From positions 9,858,001 to 9,922,000 of the forward strand of contig NC_092671.1 in the NCBI RefSeq assembly GCF_964355755.1: DNA of 64,000 bases. The letters run 5' to 3'. A program made the translations under genes and the position numbers. The notes under the pieces were generated by a model that made no database searches, was not told where the DNA came from, and saw only the letters and a program-made list of their open reading frames with translations. This stretch comes from Antedon mediterranea (lineage: Eukaryota > Animalia > Echinodermata). Below are positions 28,256 to 42,035 of the stretch, piece after piece (position 1 is the stretch's first letter; the number at the start of each line of letters is the position of its first letter).

Positions 28256-29307
28256 ATATGACTGCTCATAGCAAGAACTAAACTAAAGAATATAATGCTG
28301 AAAGATGAACAGTTTGAGAACATACTTCAATTGTTCACGATCTGAACTAAAGACTATTTAGTATATTAACATCACAACCAGTGATAAATGTTATCTTAAA
28401 TATTCCAAGAATGAACATCAATTTTTAAAAAGAATAAGCCATTACAATCAACATGATAGACATTATTGAATACTGCTCTTTTCGATTGATTTTATATAAA
28501 AAAAGAGGAGGGACTTATTCAATTGCTGATTTGTTACATGATTGGAAGATTTAGTCTCCACTGTGTGGGAGAATGAAATCTGAGGAAAGTTACAAAAGAT
28601 GATGTAAATAACTTCCGTTACGAACGGTTCACAATTCTTGCGAGATTACTAATATTAGATTAATTTTGCTTGGATTTCAACTTTATATTAATTTGACGGA
28701 AGTTGAATGGACAAAATGATTTGACTCCCTTAGGAATTTAATCTATACGTTACACTTATATCATTGTATGTAACACGATAGATACAACACTCACGAAATG
28801 AGCAGAAAGGGATTAAGATTTCGGATCGTATTTTATGAGATGAGATCATCCAAAACCTAGAGTGATGCAGTAAATAGGTTATCATCTTTCATATTCTCTT
28901 CAGGCTGTTGTGGTTTCACACTATTTTAATACCACTACAGCCACTACATTTCACCCGATTCAACATACTGTAATTAAAACGATCTAGGCTTTGTATAAAA
29001 AAAAAATGTTTCAGAAGTCATTTCATCCCAATTTTAAGGGTTGAAGGTAGTGTCACTTTGATGCCATGATACTGTAAGTCTTTGATGCCATGATAAGTTT
29101 CTTTATAAGCCTAAGCTAGTGTTTCAGGAAAAAATCAGAACACTCAAAATGTTCTTTCAATGGGCATGTTGACTAATTTACCCAGGTGAGTTTGTTGGTT
29201 ACCCACCAAAGCAATAATTAATCCACAAAGGTAAATTAGTGGGTAAATTAACCATAGCCTGAACCATTTATTTATAGAGAGGGGTATTCAATGAATTTTC
29301 TACTTTT

Positions 29308-29385
29308 TGACTATATCTCGCTCTTCAAAGGAGAGAAGGGCATTTGTCAGTTTATCCAGGTAAGCTAGGCACAAAATAGACTAAC
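29308..29385. repeat. Dispersed repeat fragment; second copy at about 55896-55965
   Basis: Shared TATATCTCGCTCTTC...GTTTATCCAGGTAAGCTAGGCACAAAATAGAC. Confidence 0.7.
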
Positions 29386-29450
29386 TATGTCTGAACGGGC
29401 ACAATGGGAGAACCTGATAAAATATTTAGAAACATTATTTAACAACTAAC

Positions 29451-29554
29451 CTCTAGTGGTGTACTTTCGGGTACCTCTCTCAGTATGACTGTTCGTCTTT
29501 TATGGCTTGGCCGCACCTTCTTTGAACTTGGATCTACTTCAACACATGTTGATT
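29451..29554 (-). CDS. LARP4: LARP4-family coding exon 6 (end of La motif, start of RRM)
   Basis: ESTCVEVDPSSKKVRPSHKRRTVILREVPESTPLE; phase 1 to 0; GT-AG. Confidence 0.95.
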
Positions 29555-29848
29555 CTGTAACGAGAATTATTTTGACAGAAAAAAAAACCAAAAAGTGATT
29601 AGACTATCAAGAAAACAAACATTGAAGTTGTCTATGAAGTAAAAAAAAACTAGTTTAATAGTAATTAAAATTTCAAATTTAATGTAACTTGCAACTGACA
29701 AAATTAAAGGATTAAAATTAAATCTTAATATTTATACAACAGAAGAAAAAATTAATTTATGGAAACAATTCTGCATATAAAAAAGCACTTAAATTGATGA
29801 ACGAAAAAATTAATAATTCATTTGTGTAATACGAGAGACATTGTCTAC

Positions 29849-29985
29849 CTTTAAGTACAGCAATAATAAGTCCTATATCTGTTGTTAATCTCTTAATAGC
29901 GTTGAAATTTGCTATCGTCCAGATTGGCACATACTGGTCTGCGTCCATTTGAGACTGAAGATAACGATCATTCGTTAAATTCTCC
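29849..29985 (-). CDS. LARP4: LARP4-family coding exon 5 (La motif)
   Basis: [46 protein letters not shown]; phase 2 to 1. Confidence 0.96.
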
Positions 29986-32900
29986 CTGAAAAAAAAAATA
30001 TGTCCATTTAGAATATTAACAATATCCATAATAAAAATTTAATTAAAAATTTAAAATGAGCAAATAATCAAATTTAATCCAATTGAAACCATCTTGAATA
30101 ATATTAAAATTTTAAATGTAAATTAAAAATGAGCAAATAATAATAATAAATAAAATTGAATAATCTTGAATAATTACTACTAACATGAATGTAAGCAAGT
30201 ACTAAAAGATTGAACATATTAATATTATTATTAAAATATGGTATTGACAAGATAAATATTACATCTGCACTATTTATTAGGCAAGGCTTGTAACAATGAT
30301 AACAGGGAAATAAGTGTGTCAGGGCAAGTCAATTCCTTCCGCCAATATACTGTCTTCCACTACATAAATGTTTGTATAACACAGAAAAATATAGCTTTAA
30401 TAATTTCAAATTATATATTTCTAAAAAAAATACAGGAAGCTATCACATTACAGAATATAATTTAAGAATAGATGTATGTACTTTGAACAAACATAAAATA
30501 ACAGTATAATTTTAATTATATTTACATATGGAAGATATAAATCATCATATAAAATAGTAGTATTGCACAATACCTGAGCAATAAAATAAATTACAGCGAC
30601 TTTGGGTAGGAGAAAAAAGGGGAATTTTAATGACTAGGATGGAACTGCCGGAAATAACAATCACTTAAAATGAAAGAACTATAAAGAAACCACAGTAAGA
30701 CAATCTTGATGTTGAAAGCAAAACCTTCTCAAAATCACATTAAATCAATTTGCGGATGGACTGAATATTAAAATACCTAAATATATCAGTTGAAACCGCA
30801 TCTTACATTTTTGTGAAATTGCATCATTTACTTGCTAAAGCTAACTAGAAATACAAAATGTCTTGTCTATCAAAATAGCTCAGTTGAATATTAAAAATCT
30901 TTTGAGAATTCCTCATAAAATTCAGTTGACAAAGTTTGAAATTGACAATTCCACCCACTGTTGAAAAGCAATATATTAAATAGACTTCATAAAGGTTAGA
31001 AATTCTGTCACCTTTTCAACATTTCACAGCCAATTCAGCGTTTATTGAATTTACCATAATATTTTACTGTACATGGTATATTTTTGGCAGTGAAGTACTC
31101 ATGCTCATTATACATACCGTAGGTTCAGACTTTCCAACACATTGAAAGGCAGCTTTGGTTTTTTTAATTTTTTTTAGCAGGACCACCCAAAAAGTACTAA
31201 AAATATGGTATTATATACTTAATGCTTTATACCATATTTTGTGGATCTCTCTCTCTCTCTCTCTTAGAAACATTTTCTGTCATTCCTACATTACGCTTTC
31301 AATGAAATTACTGATCATCATAATTTTGTGGATATGCAGCAGAAACAGACCCCAAGAAATTGAACATGTAAACAAAAGATAAATTTGAAGATGACTATAT
31401 GTTATTGATAAGTATAACTAACATTAATAAAACTAGCCATTTAATCCAAAGCATTACGAGAACAATGCTTAATAATGTAAAACGACTTCAGTCGGTACAG
31501 ATACTGTAAGTATCTGCTATCATTGCTGTGTATTCATTCAGAGATAATAATTGGCCCTGTGCCAAATTCGACATGTTTTAACTTGATTCAAAATAACTGA
31601 GCAAGTTGCAATCAAACATTACCATATGGGCACAGACGGTAGATAAATTGTATGCAAACTTTTAAAGCACACAAAGTCGTTTTATCACGTCACCTATAAA
31701 CTACATTAGCATATTATTAGCATATCATTTGCATATTATATGATACAATTTTGGAAGTTAGATATACGTACGAATTACAATGTTAACCAATAAATTAAAT
31801 GCTAATTTCTTAATACAAAAACTACTGTATTATTGTTATTATTATTATTATTATAATTAATTAACAAAACATTTATTTAATCAAAATAATTAATTTTAGA
31901 AATTATTAAAATTGTTTATTAAAACTGTAGTGATTGCTAGCGTCATCGAATAATCATCACATTATTATAATATCAAGCTAATTAGCATTAAACACCAACA
32001 ACTCAGATCAACAATATGTTCATAACACCTGTAAACTCACACGCGTGGTTAATAACTCATTATGTAAATTACTGATCACTGTCCAGCACGACAAATAAAT
32101 GAAAAGAACAAGATATCATGATTGCCGTTGAGAATATTATGAGCCAAAAATAGCTTGGCTATTTTTAATGTTATAAGGAGAGAGAAAGAATAAAGATTTC
32201 ACTTTATTTGTAATAGTAGTTTTTATTATAAATCAATATTTGTTATACTTCCTCCTAACACCAAAACAAAACCTCAAGCAAATAATTAAAACATAATCAC
32301 ACTTTAAAAAACTTCTTGCCTTAGGTTATAATTATACATTTTTAGAATCTTCAACATCTACTTTCAATTATAAAATCGGTTGCAAGATAATTGTTAGGTT
32401 TGAGACATAGAGACTGGTTCTGGTCTAAGCTATGGAATATATACCCAGCATTTCTTACATTGTGCATACCAATTATCGTAGCCCTTATTTTTCTCATTTT
32501 AATCTCAATTGCAAAAAAAATCCCTGCATTGCATTAGTGGTTTTTTCAAGTTGGTTTTAATAGCATTTTGGTAAATTTTTTTTATAGACATTGATTTAAG
32601 TTATCTTTATGTTTGAATAATGCTCTCCAGATAGTGATGTAGAATTTTATGGCAACATAAATCCTTTTCAAAGAAAACCAGCAAAATACATCATAAATTA
32701 TTTGAAAGTTGTTTCAGACATGTCCTACAACATCATTATCATTATTCTTTTTTTTTTTTGTATTTAAATACAAATTGAACAATTTATAAATAATGATTTT
32801 CATTTCACAATTAACGAAGATTTATGTTTGAAAGAAAAAGACATCACTAAATGCAATTTAGTGTTAATAAAAACATTCTTAAAGCTGAAAACTTTCGCTT

Positions 32901-33444
32901 TCTTTAATAAATTGCTTTATTCACTGCACTGGTTTACATGACATGACAAAAAACCTTCATACATACAATACAATCTACTGTATGACTAGCCTATTCTACA
33001 AGTGTTCCACAAATGATGGATAAACCAGGTTAACAATACCCCAGCAATCTTATGAATCAACCATCTTGACAACTATTGTCTACGTTAGACTTAAGTAGTT
33101 GTAGCAAAACATTGATATACGCGCATAAATTAAATACAAATGAGAACATGTTGTCTGACAGACAGTTGACTTAGAGAAATAAAAAAGACCAACTAATAAT
33201 TGCAAGGATACTTAACGTTGACTGTGATTTCCGACTATTAAACCCATTTGAATTGGGTAACCAATAATTTGAATTATAATAAATAACGAAGGAATTACTA
33301 TCAATATCAAAAATGTTGTTGTACGACCAATGTGTGTTTAAACACTGGTTCTTGTCAAATCACCAAAGTTAACCACGCTGGGCCAGGTTGTGTTCATATA
33401 TGAGAGACTGCATAGGAATCGCATCGGATGATGTACACTAAGAG

Positions 33445-33690
33445 AGTATGTCGTATAGTGTGTCGGAAGTTGGGCTTCTAATCGCGAGCTCATCGCACTA
33501 CATGTGTCCTAATAGGCAAGACACTTTACTGTACTTACATTTGTCACTCTCCACCCAGAGATTTTGGTTAGGTCAAAGCACTACCTGCGCTGATTTACTG
33601 GCTGCAACATTATGGAAGTATGTTTAAATACGCGTTTGATAAGAATAACCGGGGTTAATAATATGAAAAGGTTTGTGAGACATCCCTTTC
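33445..33690 (+). mobile_element. Degraded tRNA-derived SINE-like remnant
   Basis: Contains GTGTCC...GGCAAGACACTTTAC...CTCTCCACCCAG, resembling a conserved SINE central region; recognised by eye only. Confidence 0.4.
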
Positions 33691-36061
33691 TGGCCTTCCA
33701 TTTTGTATAACTATCTATCTACTATTTTGTATGCTACATTTCAAAATAATGTAACAACTATAAGTATCAATAAATATGTCTATCATAAATTCAGTAGGGA
33801 ATTATTAGCAAATAAACATTAGATGCACATTATTACCGAAAATCATAAAACTATGTCATTGGGCATAAACATAATTATAAATATGTAAACAACAGATGGA
33901 GAAAATGCATTAAAAGCTCATTACATAGACCAATTGCAGACAATAAAGTGTACAAATACGTAATGATTTGCAATAAAATTAGGTGGAAGATGAGGTGGTG
34001 GTTGGGTAATACTCAAATAAAAAAATTTAAGTACAAAAACAAAACAATTTCCTGAATTTATTATTGATCAGTTCTTGGTAAAATAAAATACAAAGATTTA
34101 AGTGCAAGTACGATTGTCCTGAATTTATTAATGATCCTTTGGGTACAAGTTCAGATAAAAATTTAGAGTGGAGATGGTTATAGGTTGGTGACTTAAGCCT
34201 TAGAAATGTTTTCTCTTGGTACAGAAGAACTTGATTGAAATGTTCTTTCAATTAAAAATGTTGAGACAGTTCATTTTTTTTCTGGGTATTTTGGTTTATA
34301 ATATAAAATGTACCTGAACATCAAATCCAAATATATAGGACCATTCATTAATCTAGCCGATTCGTTTTTTGTTAATTTCTTTTTCATACTAGGCAACACC
34401 GTTTTCCCCGGGAGACAATCTTCTATTACTTTTTTTTAAATAGTGTACCAAGTTCTTTCTATGTACAAAGGATCAATGACTTTATGTTCCAACCGAAGGA
34501 TGAGGAAATTACAGCAAGTATACATAAGCAATTCCCAATTAAGTTTACAAAGATGAAGATGGTTGATATAATTAAAGTTAAAAAAAACCTCTATAGGCAA
34601 ATAATCTGTCTCAATAAACCAATCAAAATCACGATAATTTAATCCCAAATTGAATACTGAAACTCAGTGCTATCATGCAATAACACATGACAATTGAGAA
34701 TTTAAAACTATTAATAGTAACATATAACCAACAGCAGCTATAATTAAATGTTGTATGTTAAATGCTAACTGCTATCTTTGTTTTAAAGTAGACCAAATAA
34801 TCTTTACATTTTGGCTTCTTTATAGTTAATTCAAAAACAATTTAAGAGAGAAAACCTAGATTCTTACAGCGAACAGTTAATTTAGTACAAACTTGTAGTA
34901 GAAGCATATTGAGGCTTTGTTCCAATTTCTTCTTGTTTAAATGAAATATTGTTATATGTCAACATCATAAAAACAAAAAGGGAAAATTAATTTGATGCAC
35001 TGTAATATTTTGAGTTTCAAAGCCATTCATTTGTGATTTGTTATCAATTTTTGTGATTTTGTTATCAATTTTTTTTGCATATTCTGTCTTATCAATTTGG
35101 GCATCTTCCGTCTCATCAATTTTATGCATCTTCCATTTTGAAAAAATTACCAACTTTTCAAAATATTATCAATTTTGCATGACTAATGATTGATTAATAA
35201 TGGGTAATTTCAGGGTGCTAATTTTATTGTCTAGAAAATAGTTTTGCAGCTGAACAATACATACGTCATTGTACATTAAGTTTAATATTTAAAATGACCT
35301 AAGGTCAGAAATTGGAAGTAATGACGTTGGAAAGAAACGAGAAGAATTGAGAGCATTCACTAGACCTACTTTAAAACACCTGCTTGGGTAATCTACAATT
35401 TATTACTTTTACAATCAAATATAGGTTTACTGAGGCTCATCCAACAATCATTCAGGGGGTTACGACAACGATGAAATGGTTCCCAAAATAGCCCCTGTAT
35501 CAGGAGGAGGGGTGGGGAGAGGTTACAGTCTATATGATAGGACAGTGATTAATTTACTATTGGTAATCCTTGGCCACATATGCCAAAAAACATTAATTAA
35601 AGGGGTAAAATTATAGACCAGTAAAACCCTAGTGAAAGCAGATGGTAGTTCATTCTTTTAACAGGAAAATGTTACCTTAGTAGGGGTGTCCTACAGTAAT
35701 AAAGTGGTTCTACTATAACTTTACTGTAAATTGAGGTAAAAACATGTTTTTCAAGGCCCAAATAGGTTGAAACGGTAACATTTCAGTATGCTGAATCTAG
35801 GCATATTTGTTTTATCTATCTTTCATTGTCTGCCAAAGGCAAGCTATACAATCACTGTAGCAATAATAATAAATGTAAATATCAAACAATAAATGTATGA
35901 GTGGTTTTATAATTGGATTTTGAGATTGATTATTTTAGTTTGGCCAAGTGAAATTAAATGAGACAATCAATTTTAGCCCAATTTCTATAACCAATTGTAA
36001 TAAGACATCTCTGCATGCAGTAACATTTCAAACAACTTTTGAAAAAGGTTGAACGTACGAT

Positions 36062-36180
36062 TCTACACTATCAAACAAATATGTGATTTGGACATTATGA
36101 TGTTACTACCATATTTGGGCATATCACTACCATATTTGGTCACATCACACTTTTTTTTGTCAAACTAGTTTGATAGTGTT
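36062..36180. mobile_element. Truncated copy of the 36851-37015 MITE, internal region in the opposite orientation
   Basis: CTACACTATCAAAC ... GTTTGATAGTGT ends. Internal ACTACCATATTTGGGCATAT is the reverse complement of ATATGCCCAAATATGGTAGT at about 36907. Confidence 0.7.
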
Positions 36181-36458
36181 CTAACAACATTTGAGAAAAA
36201 TGTGAACGTACATTTTTAGACAATCTAGAATAAATTTAGTTTTTAAACGAAAATAGAAGCGTTAACAGTTTATTACAACACTGATTAGGTAGCATGCAAA
36301 AATATACCGCATGACATCATGGGGATTTGGTGTTGCATAGTAAAATAAAGGAATCCTATTGGGGCTTGGGTTCACTTCTCAATCTATAATTGTCGCGTTA
36401 GGAGTTAAGTTGAATCATGTGTGCTAAAATAAAAAAAATGTTATTTTGATGTTCATAC

Positions 36459-36540
36459 CTTGAAAAGTAGTACTCTAATTGAACTTGAAGTTGTTTGCGT
36501 AAATCCCCATCCTTAGGAGATCCTTCTCGGTTCATATCAT
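36459..36540 (-). CDS. LARP4: LARP4-family coding exon 4 (start of La motif)
   Basis: DDMNREGSPKDGDLRKQLQVQLEYYFSR contains the La-motif QLEYYFS signature; phase 1 to 2. Not present in the ORF track. Confidence 0.95.
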
Positions 36541-36850
36541 CTGAAAAAGAAAGTAAAAAATCATGAATATCGATAAAAATTGCAAGAATGTACTCATAAA
36601 CAGAATGTCATTCATATACTGTAAGAATGGTTTTTTTTCAAAGTAAAATAATAACTACGAGTTGTTCATCACAAGACCCTGGATATCAATGTTACTTGTT
36701 AGCGAGTTTTTGCCAAGTTTTTAACATTTTATGAGGCACTAAAGGGGATATGATTATTATATTTAGAATATTGATTTTTAAATCAATAGAACATGGCATA
36801 GGTACAAGCCAATTTGCTATACAGCAGAACATCTTGAGACACCCATATAA

Positions 36851-37015
36851 AGCTCTGTCTACACTATCAAAGTGTGATATGTGCTCAAATATGATAGTAA
36901 TAATAATATGCCCAAATATGGTAGTGACATGCTTAAATATATGATGAGTGATGTCCATATTATGGGCACATCATATTTTCTTGACACGTAGAGTTTGATA
37001 GTGTAGACAGAGGCT
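36851..37015. mobile_element. PIF/Harbinger-like MITE (TAA target duplication); one-ended remnant also at about 12977-13005
   Basis: TAA|AGCTCTGTCTACACTATCAAA ... TTTGATAGTGTAGACAGAGGCT|TAA. Confidence 0.8.
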
Positions 37016-40000
37016 TAAGGTGGCACATAATATTATAATGATAGTTATTATAGGTTTAAAATATTTCGATGAGTGGTTGATAAATGAAATCTGAAACAAA
37101 CTACTCTTTCTAATTTTACAAATTTCACAATCAAACAGGAATACAACAAAACATTGCAATTAGTATCTAGTATAGTCAGTATTTAATATTTATAACTATT
37201 GTAATTAATTGAATGAGATTCAATTCTGAGTTTATAAATTATATTGATTGAAAGAACTGTCTGGTTGGTAGAGTGGTTAGGGTAGTAGTAGCCTAGATTT
37301 CATGAACTGATCTACTTCCCATTCACACGGCCAACATTTCCATACAATCTTACCTTTGAAAAGCACAAGAAGACAAATAAATGTCATTTTTAGCACTTTT
37401 GTAATTTCACAACAATGGAAAACGTTTGTTATGAAATACAAAGCAACCCACCGTTTCATAACACCAAAGCATCATCAATTTTTATTACCAGAAGAACTTG
37501 AGACTTATGCTAAAAAGTGATCTCTTTGGCTCTAATTAACAAAGAAACTATCATTATCTGTTTATTAGATGAGAAAATGTATACAAGATATGAATAATAA
37601 GAAGAGGTTTAAGTAGTTGGTTGTAAGTATGATGAAAGAGGAACGTCAGGTATACAGAAAAAATTATGCTACTTTATGATAAAATACATCTACAAAAGAA
37701 ATCAGTCATACTGAGATAATTATTAATTCATTTGCTATTTACTAACTTATACTCTACTCTTTAATATTTTATCAACATAAAATTAACATAAAGTACTGTT
37801 ACATCCAAGCACAGTAGATAAACGGTTGCCTAGTAATTCCAAGGCTTTGTGTTCGAATCATCTTAACATCCCTCCCAAAATGTTGTTTATATTTAGGTTG
37901 ATTGTGCTTAGAAAAGCTAGAACTGAAATGATTTCATGTGTTACTATACAATTCAACTCGTAGACAATGAACTAAAAATAACTAACATTATCATCATTCT
38001 GTTGAAACTAAATATTTGTAATTACGCATAGTCTTAAAGTAGTAACAATCAACCATTTTAATTTCACAAGTACAGAATTAACAACAAAAAAAGAATTGTA
38101 ATTAGATAAATGTCAAACGAGAGTAGATAATTTGTAATAAGACCTTAATGTGATTCCATAGTTGCTGAAACATTACACATCATATGAACACAGTGTACAA
38201 TCGAATAGGACAGGATTAGAACGTATCCGATAACTGTTAATGCATTTGGGACATGAATGCTGTTTCTGACGCAGGTTTTAGCAAAGCAACACGTAAACAC
38301 TACGTAATACTAAACACTGCTTCATTTACCATCATAATACAGACTACATATCTCGTTTATTACATTGTCGTCATCATCTATCCCGTGTCATTAAATCGCT
38401 AGGTTAGCTAGCTACATAAAATGGTGAATTGATATCTATCCTCAGGCCCAAGAGATCACCTAGAATACTACCGTTGCATTTATTATAGTGCTTTTTATCA
38501 ATTATAGCATATAGTTACTCTCCAGTAGCTACAGTATCTTACAACCAGCGAATACTTGACAATTTTTAAAAAATGCATTTTAAATTGAAAAATATTGTAA
38601 TTAAAATGCACTGCCTTTTCAATGTCTGTTTGTATCTTGATCAGTCTGCTGGTTTTAGAACGCACCAACACATTGAACGGCGCCACCGCATATAAGAAGG
38701 TGTACATTCAAAATAAATAATATATAATTATGTTTATATTTAGCATTAATCTTGTTTTATAGTTTCAGTCTATTGCTTGACTAGAGAAGGTGCCACAGCT
38801 AGGAAAGCATAACAATCATGATTATGTTATTTACAAAACATTTACAGCATGGATTATGAAATTATTCTCAAGATTTAATCAAACAAATTTGAAATTGTTT
38901 GACCAGAAAAGTAGATAAAAATCGAGCATTGTCTTGTATTAAATTTAAATTAAAATGTTTATTAACAGAATCTGAATTTAAAACTAATTCAATTTGATGA
39001 TTTGTATAAACATAAAAGATTTTAAATATAAAAATCTAAGGTAGAAAAAATGGAATATTGCATTCAATTTAATCACAAAAGAAATTTAATATATTTGTCT
39101 ATAAATAAATAATTAAAAAATGTTTATCATGGGATTTGATTGATAATGTATAAATTAATAAACATTAAAGCATTTTTAAATTTTTTAGTTTTAAATGGAA
39201 ACAAATATTGTAATTGTCAACATGTGTATTAATTTTCATTATAATATGCATTAAAACGGAATAGCAAATAGATAAAAGAATAAGAAAATTTCATGAAATT
39301 ATTTACTAAATAATATTCACAATCACATACAAAAATTCTATGAATTAAATACGACAATTTTCCTATCCAGAGATTATTTTTTAAACATCAATTTGCAAGA
39401 TAATTGATATTACAATTGCATCTGCCATACACTCAGTTAGTATGTGAATGAGATCCCACTCAGTATCTGCGTAAAACGTGTACTGACGCAAGCTGAAGAC
39501 AAAAATAGATGGTTGACATACGGTTGAGTACATTCAATAGTTACTATGGTATTTGTGATTTTCATTCCAGAATTTGACAACTTATTATAGCGATCGTTTT
39601 AACTTTATCCTTTTTAACACCCCTCGAGAATGTTCATTTATAATGCTATTAACTAACACAGTATATTTTAAATATTTGTTTGAAAGTCTAATTTATTATA
39701 ATCTGGGATTAATTAAGAAATAATAAATTATGATACAGTAGAGAAAATATACAGAATCAACTAAGAGTAAGACAGTTATGCATTTATTAAGATTATACTA
39801 TAGCAACATAAATTATTATTACTTGTTTAAGTATTCATTATGTGTACATTTTAATAATAATAAATATCAAATATTATTTATTACATTCTATGCTGTTCTG
39901 CATTAACATGTACAAATTATCCAAGCATTAATATAACTTTTCATTGAGGTTATACACATTTTCTGAGCGCGCAAGACCACCATATAATGCCAGCAACTGG

Positions 40001-40905
40001 ATAATGATAATGGCCTGCATGACTTTTTTATTGTCAAGGCAAACTACTGTAACTTTATTTTTTCAATTTTAATGTTATATGTGTGTACAGAGAAACAATA
40101 ACAACAAACAAAGGCATGGACCTATATACTGTAGATCCATTGTCAAGGTATGTAATACTGCAATATAACATAAGATGGAGAGATGCAAATATGTATGAAT
40201 ATCCATGTAATTGATATTCTTCCTAAATATTCTTCTGTCAGAAATATTTCTCAAATAAAGCAATGAGGAGCAATGGTTGTTGTTTTGCTTGGCCTCTATA
40301 TGCAAGATTCAATTCAGAAAGTATTATATTTGGTGGTAACTAGTACTAGCATCTTGTCAGATTATTGAGTTGAATAATGCATAAAAAACATTTTGATCAA
40401 TGCTAGTTAACAACTGCGTAACCCTAAAACTGAATAACTCTTAACTTATCGGTCAAACAACACCAACTGTTTGATGAATGACATGTTTTTAAAGTTGCGT
40501 AACATTAGTCTAACAGTCTATTTCGTGGAATTCGGCCACTAGAAGCACTTGGCTAATCATTCTGGAATATTTCAAGTTATTTTTCGCTAAAAAGGTAATC
40601 TACTTCTCTATTGTACTTTAATGGACATTCGTTTATTATATGAAATTCCCCAATAATAAATTATATAATATATCAATTTCTTTTATATTTTAATATGTTA
40701 AATTTTGATAAGTTTTTGTTTTATATTTATTTATTTAAAAATATATACAAATTTAAGTTAAATTGGTAAAAGGTGAATGTCACTTGGGTTAAAAATGAAT
40801 TACCTTATCCTTGATTGTACCACATAAATAAATACAATTATCAAATATAAATAATATATCAATATTATTATATACTGTATATATTTATAATAAATATTAT
40901 ATATA

Positions 40906-41677
40906 CCGTAGTTCCTCGGGTATAATCCCACCTCGAGTATAATCCCACCCCCGACTTTACGATTACCTTCGCACGCAAGCATATCCCCGGGCAAAGTCCC
41001 AGTGTATAATTTATCATTAGGACAGAGGTAGGCCTAGCTAGCTAGGCCGATTTTTTTAAAAGAAATTCTCACCAAAAAATAGAGTCATTTCTCTGAATTC
41101 GGCTGACTTAAAACTCATCAAACATTGGCCATCGTAAAGTTGAATACAACCTTAATATCATCGCCCCGATCTTCGCGTTCTGCACATCATGCATTCGCCG
41201 CACACTCGCTCGCCGTGTACATACACTGCATGCCTTGTTTACACTACTGCATGCTCGATTACCATAAAATAAACACCGCCCTCTATACCGACAGGAGCAG
41301 TACTGTAGTTCGTGTCACATGCAACAACATGCGATTTGCACAGAGCTCGAGCGTGGGGAATCGGGAGGAGAGACGGAGAACTCGTATGAGTTATGTCGAT
41401 ATTATTTAGGAAGCCAGCCCCAGATCACATTTTAGGGTATTTCTTAAGTAGAAATCTGGAAGAAAATCTATACAGTAGGCATAGACCAATTAGGCTGCCT
41501 AGGCCTAGATGACCTGGCAGTCTAATGTCTAGGCCTACATTGGAATATAGCTTTAGATAGCCTAAATGTTGTCATTTTCAGTTCATGCACCGGGAAATCC
41601 CCGGGTATAGTCCCACCTCCCAAATTCGGGCAAATTTTACGTACAAGGGGGGTGGGATTATACCCGAGGAACTACGG
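40906..41677. mobile_element. 772-bp non-autonomous Tc2/pogo-like element (MITE)
   Basis: Perfect 27-bp TIR CCGTAGTTCCTCGGGTATAATCCCACC at both ends, TA on both flanks, and extra sub-terminal copies of GTATA(A/G)TCCCACC. Confidence 0.92.
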
Positions 41678-41704
41678 TATATGTATTAGCTTACAAAGAA
41701 ACAG

Positions 41705-42035
41705 TTCGCAACAGCCTACGAGAGTGAGACAAAACACAAAGCCGAAACATATGTTTTCTGCAGCATTTTATATAATTATTTATTATTAAATTGTACAAAG
41801 GTACATTTAAATTTTAATAACTGTAAATATAAATAAATTATACCAAGTATCATTTATTGTTTAGAAGTAATGACACTGATTGTATTACCACCCTTTGTAA
41901 TTTGTACAGTAATATCACTAAAATATATATTTAGTTAAAAATACAGTTAGCAATAAATAACATTTTTGGTATTTTAAGGTTGTGTGTGATATTATCGGCC
42001 TTGTGTTTTGTCTCGCTCTCGTAGGTTGTTGCGAA
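41705..42035. mobile_element. About 330-bp foldback/MITE-like element
   Basis: About 41-bp imperfect inverted repeats TTCGCAACAGCCTACGAGAGTGAGACAAAACACAAAGCCGA and TCGGCCTTGTGTTTTGTCTCGCTCTCGTAGGTTGTTGCGAA around an AT-rich core; no target duplication identified. Confidence 0.65.
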
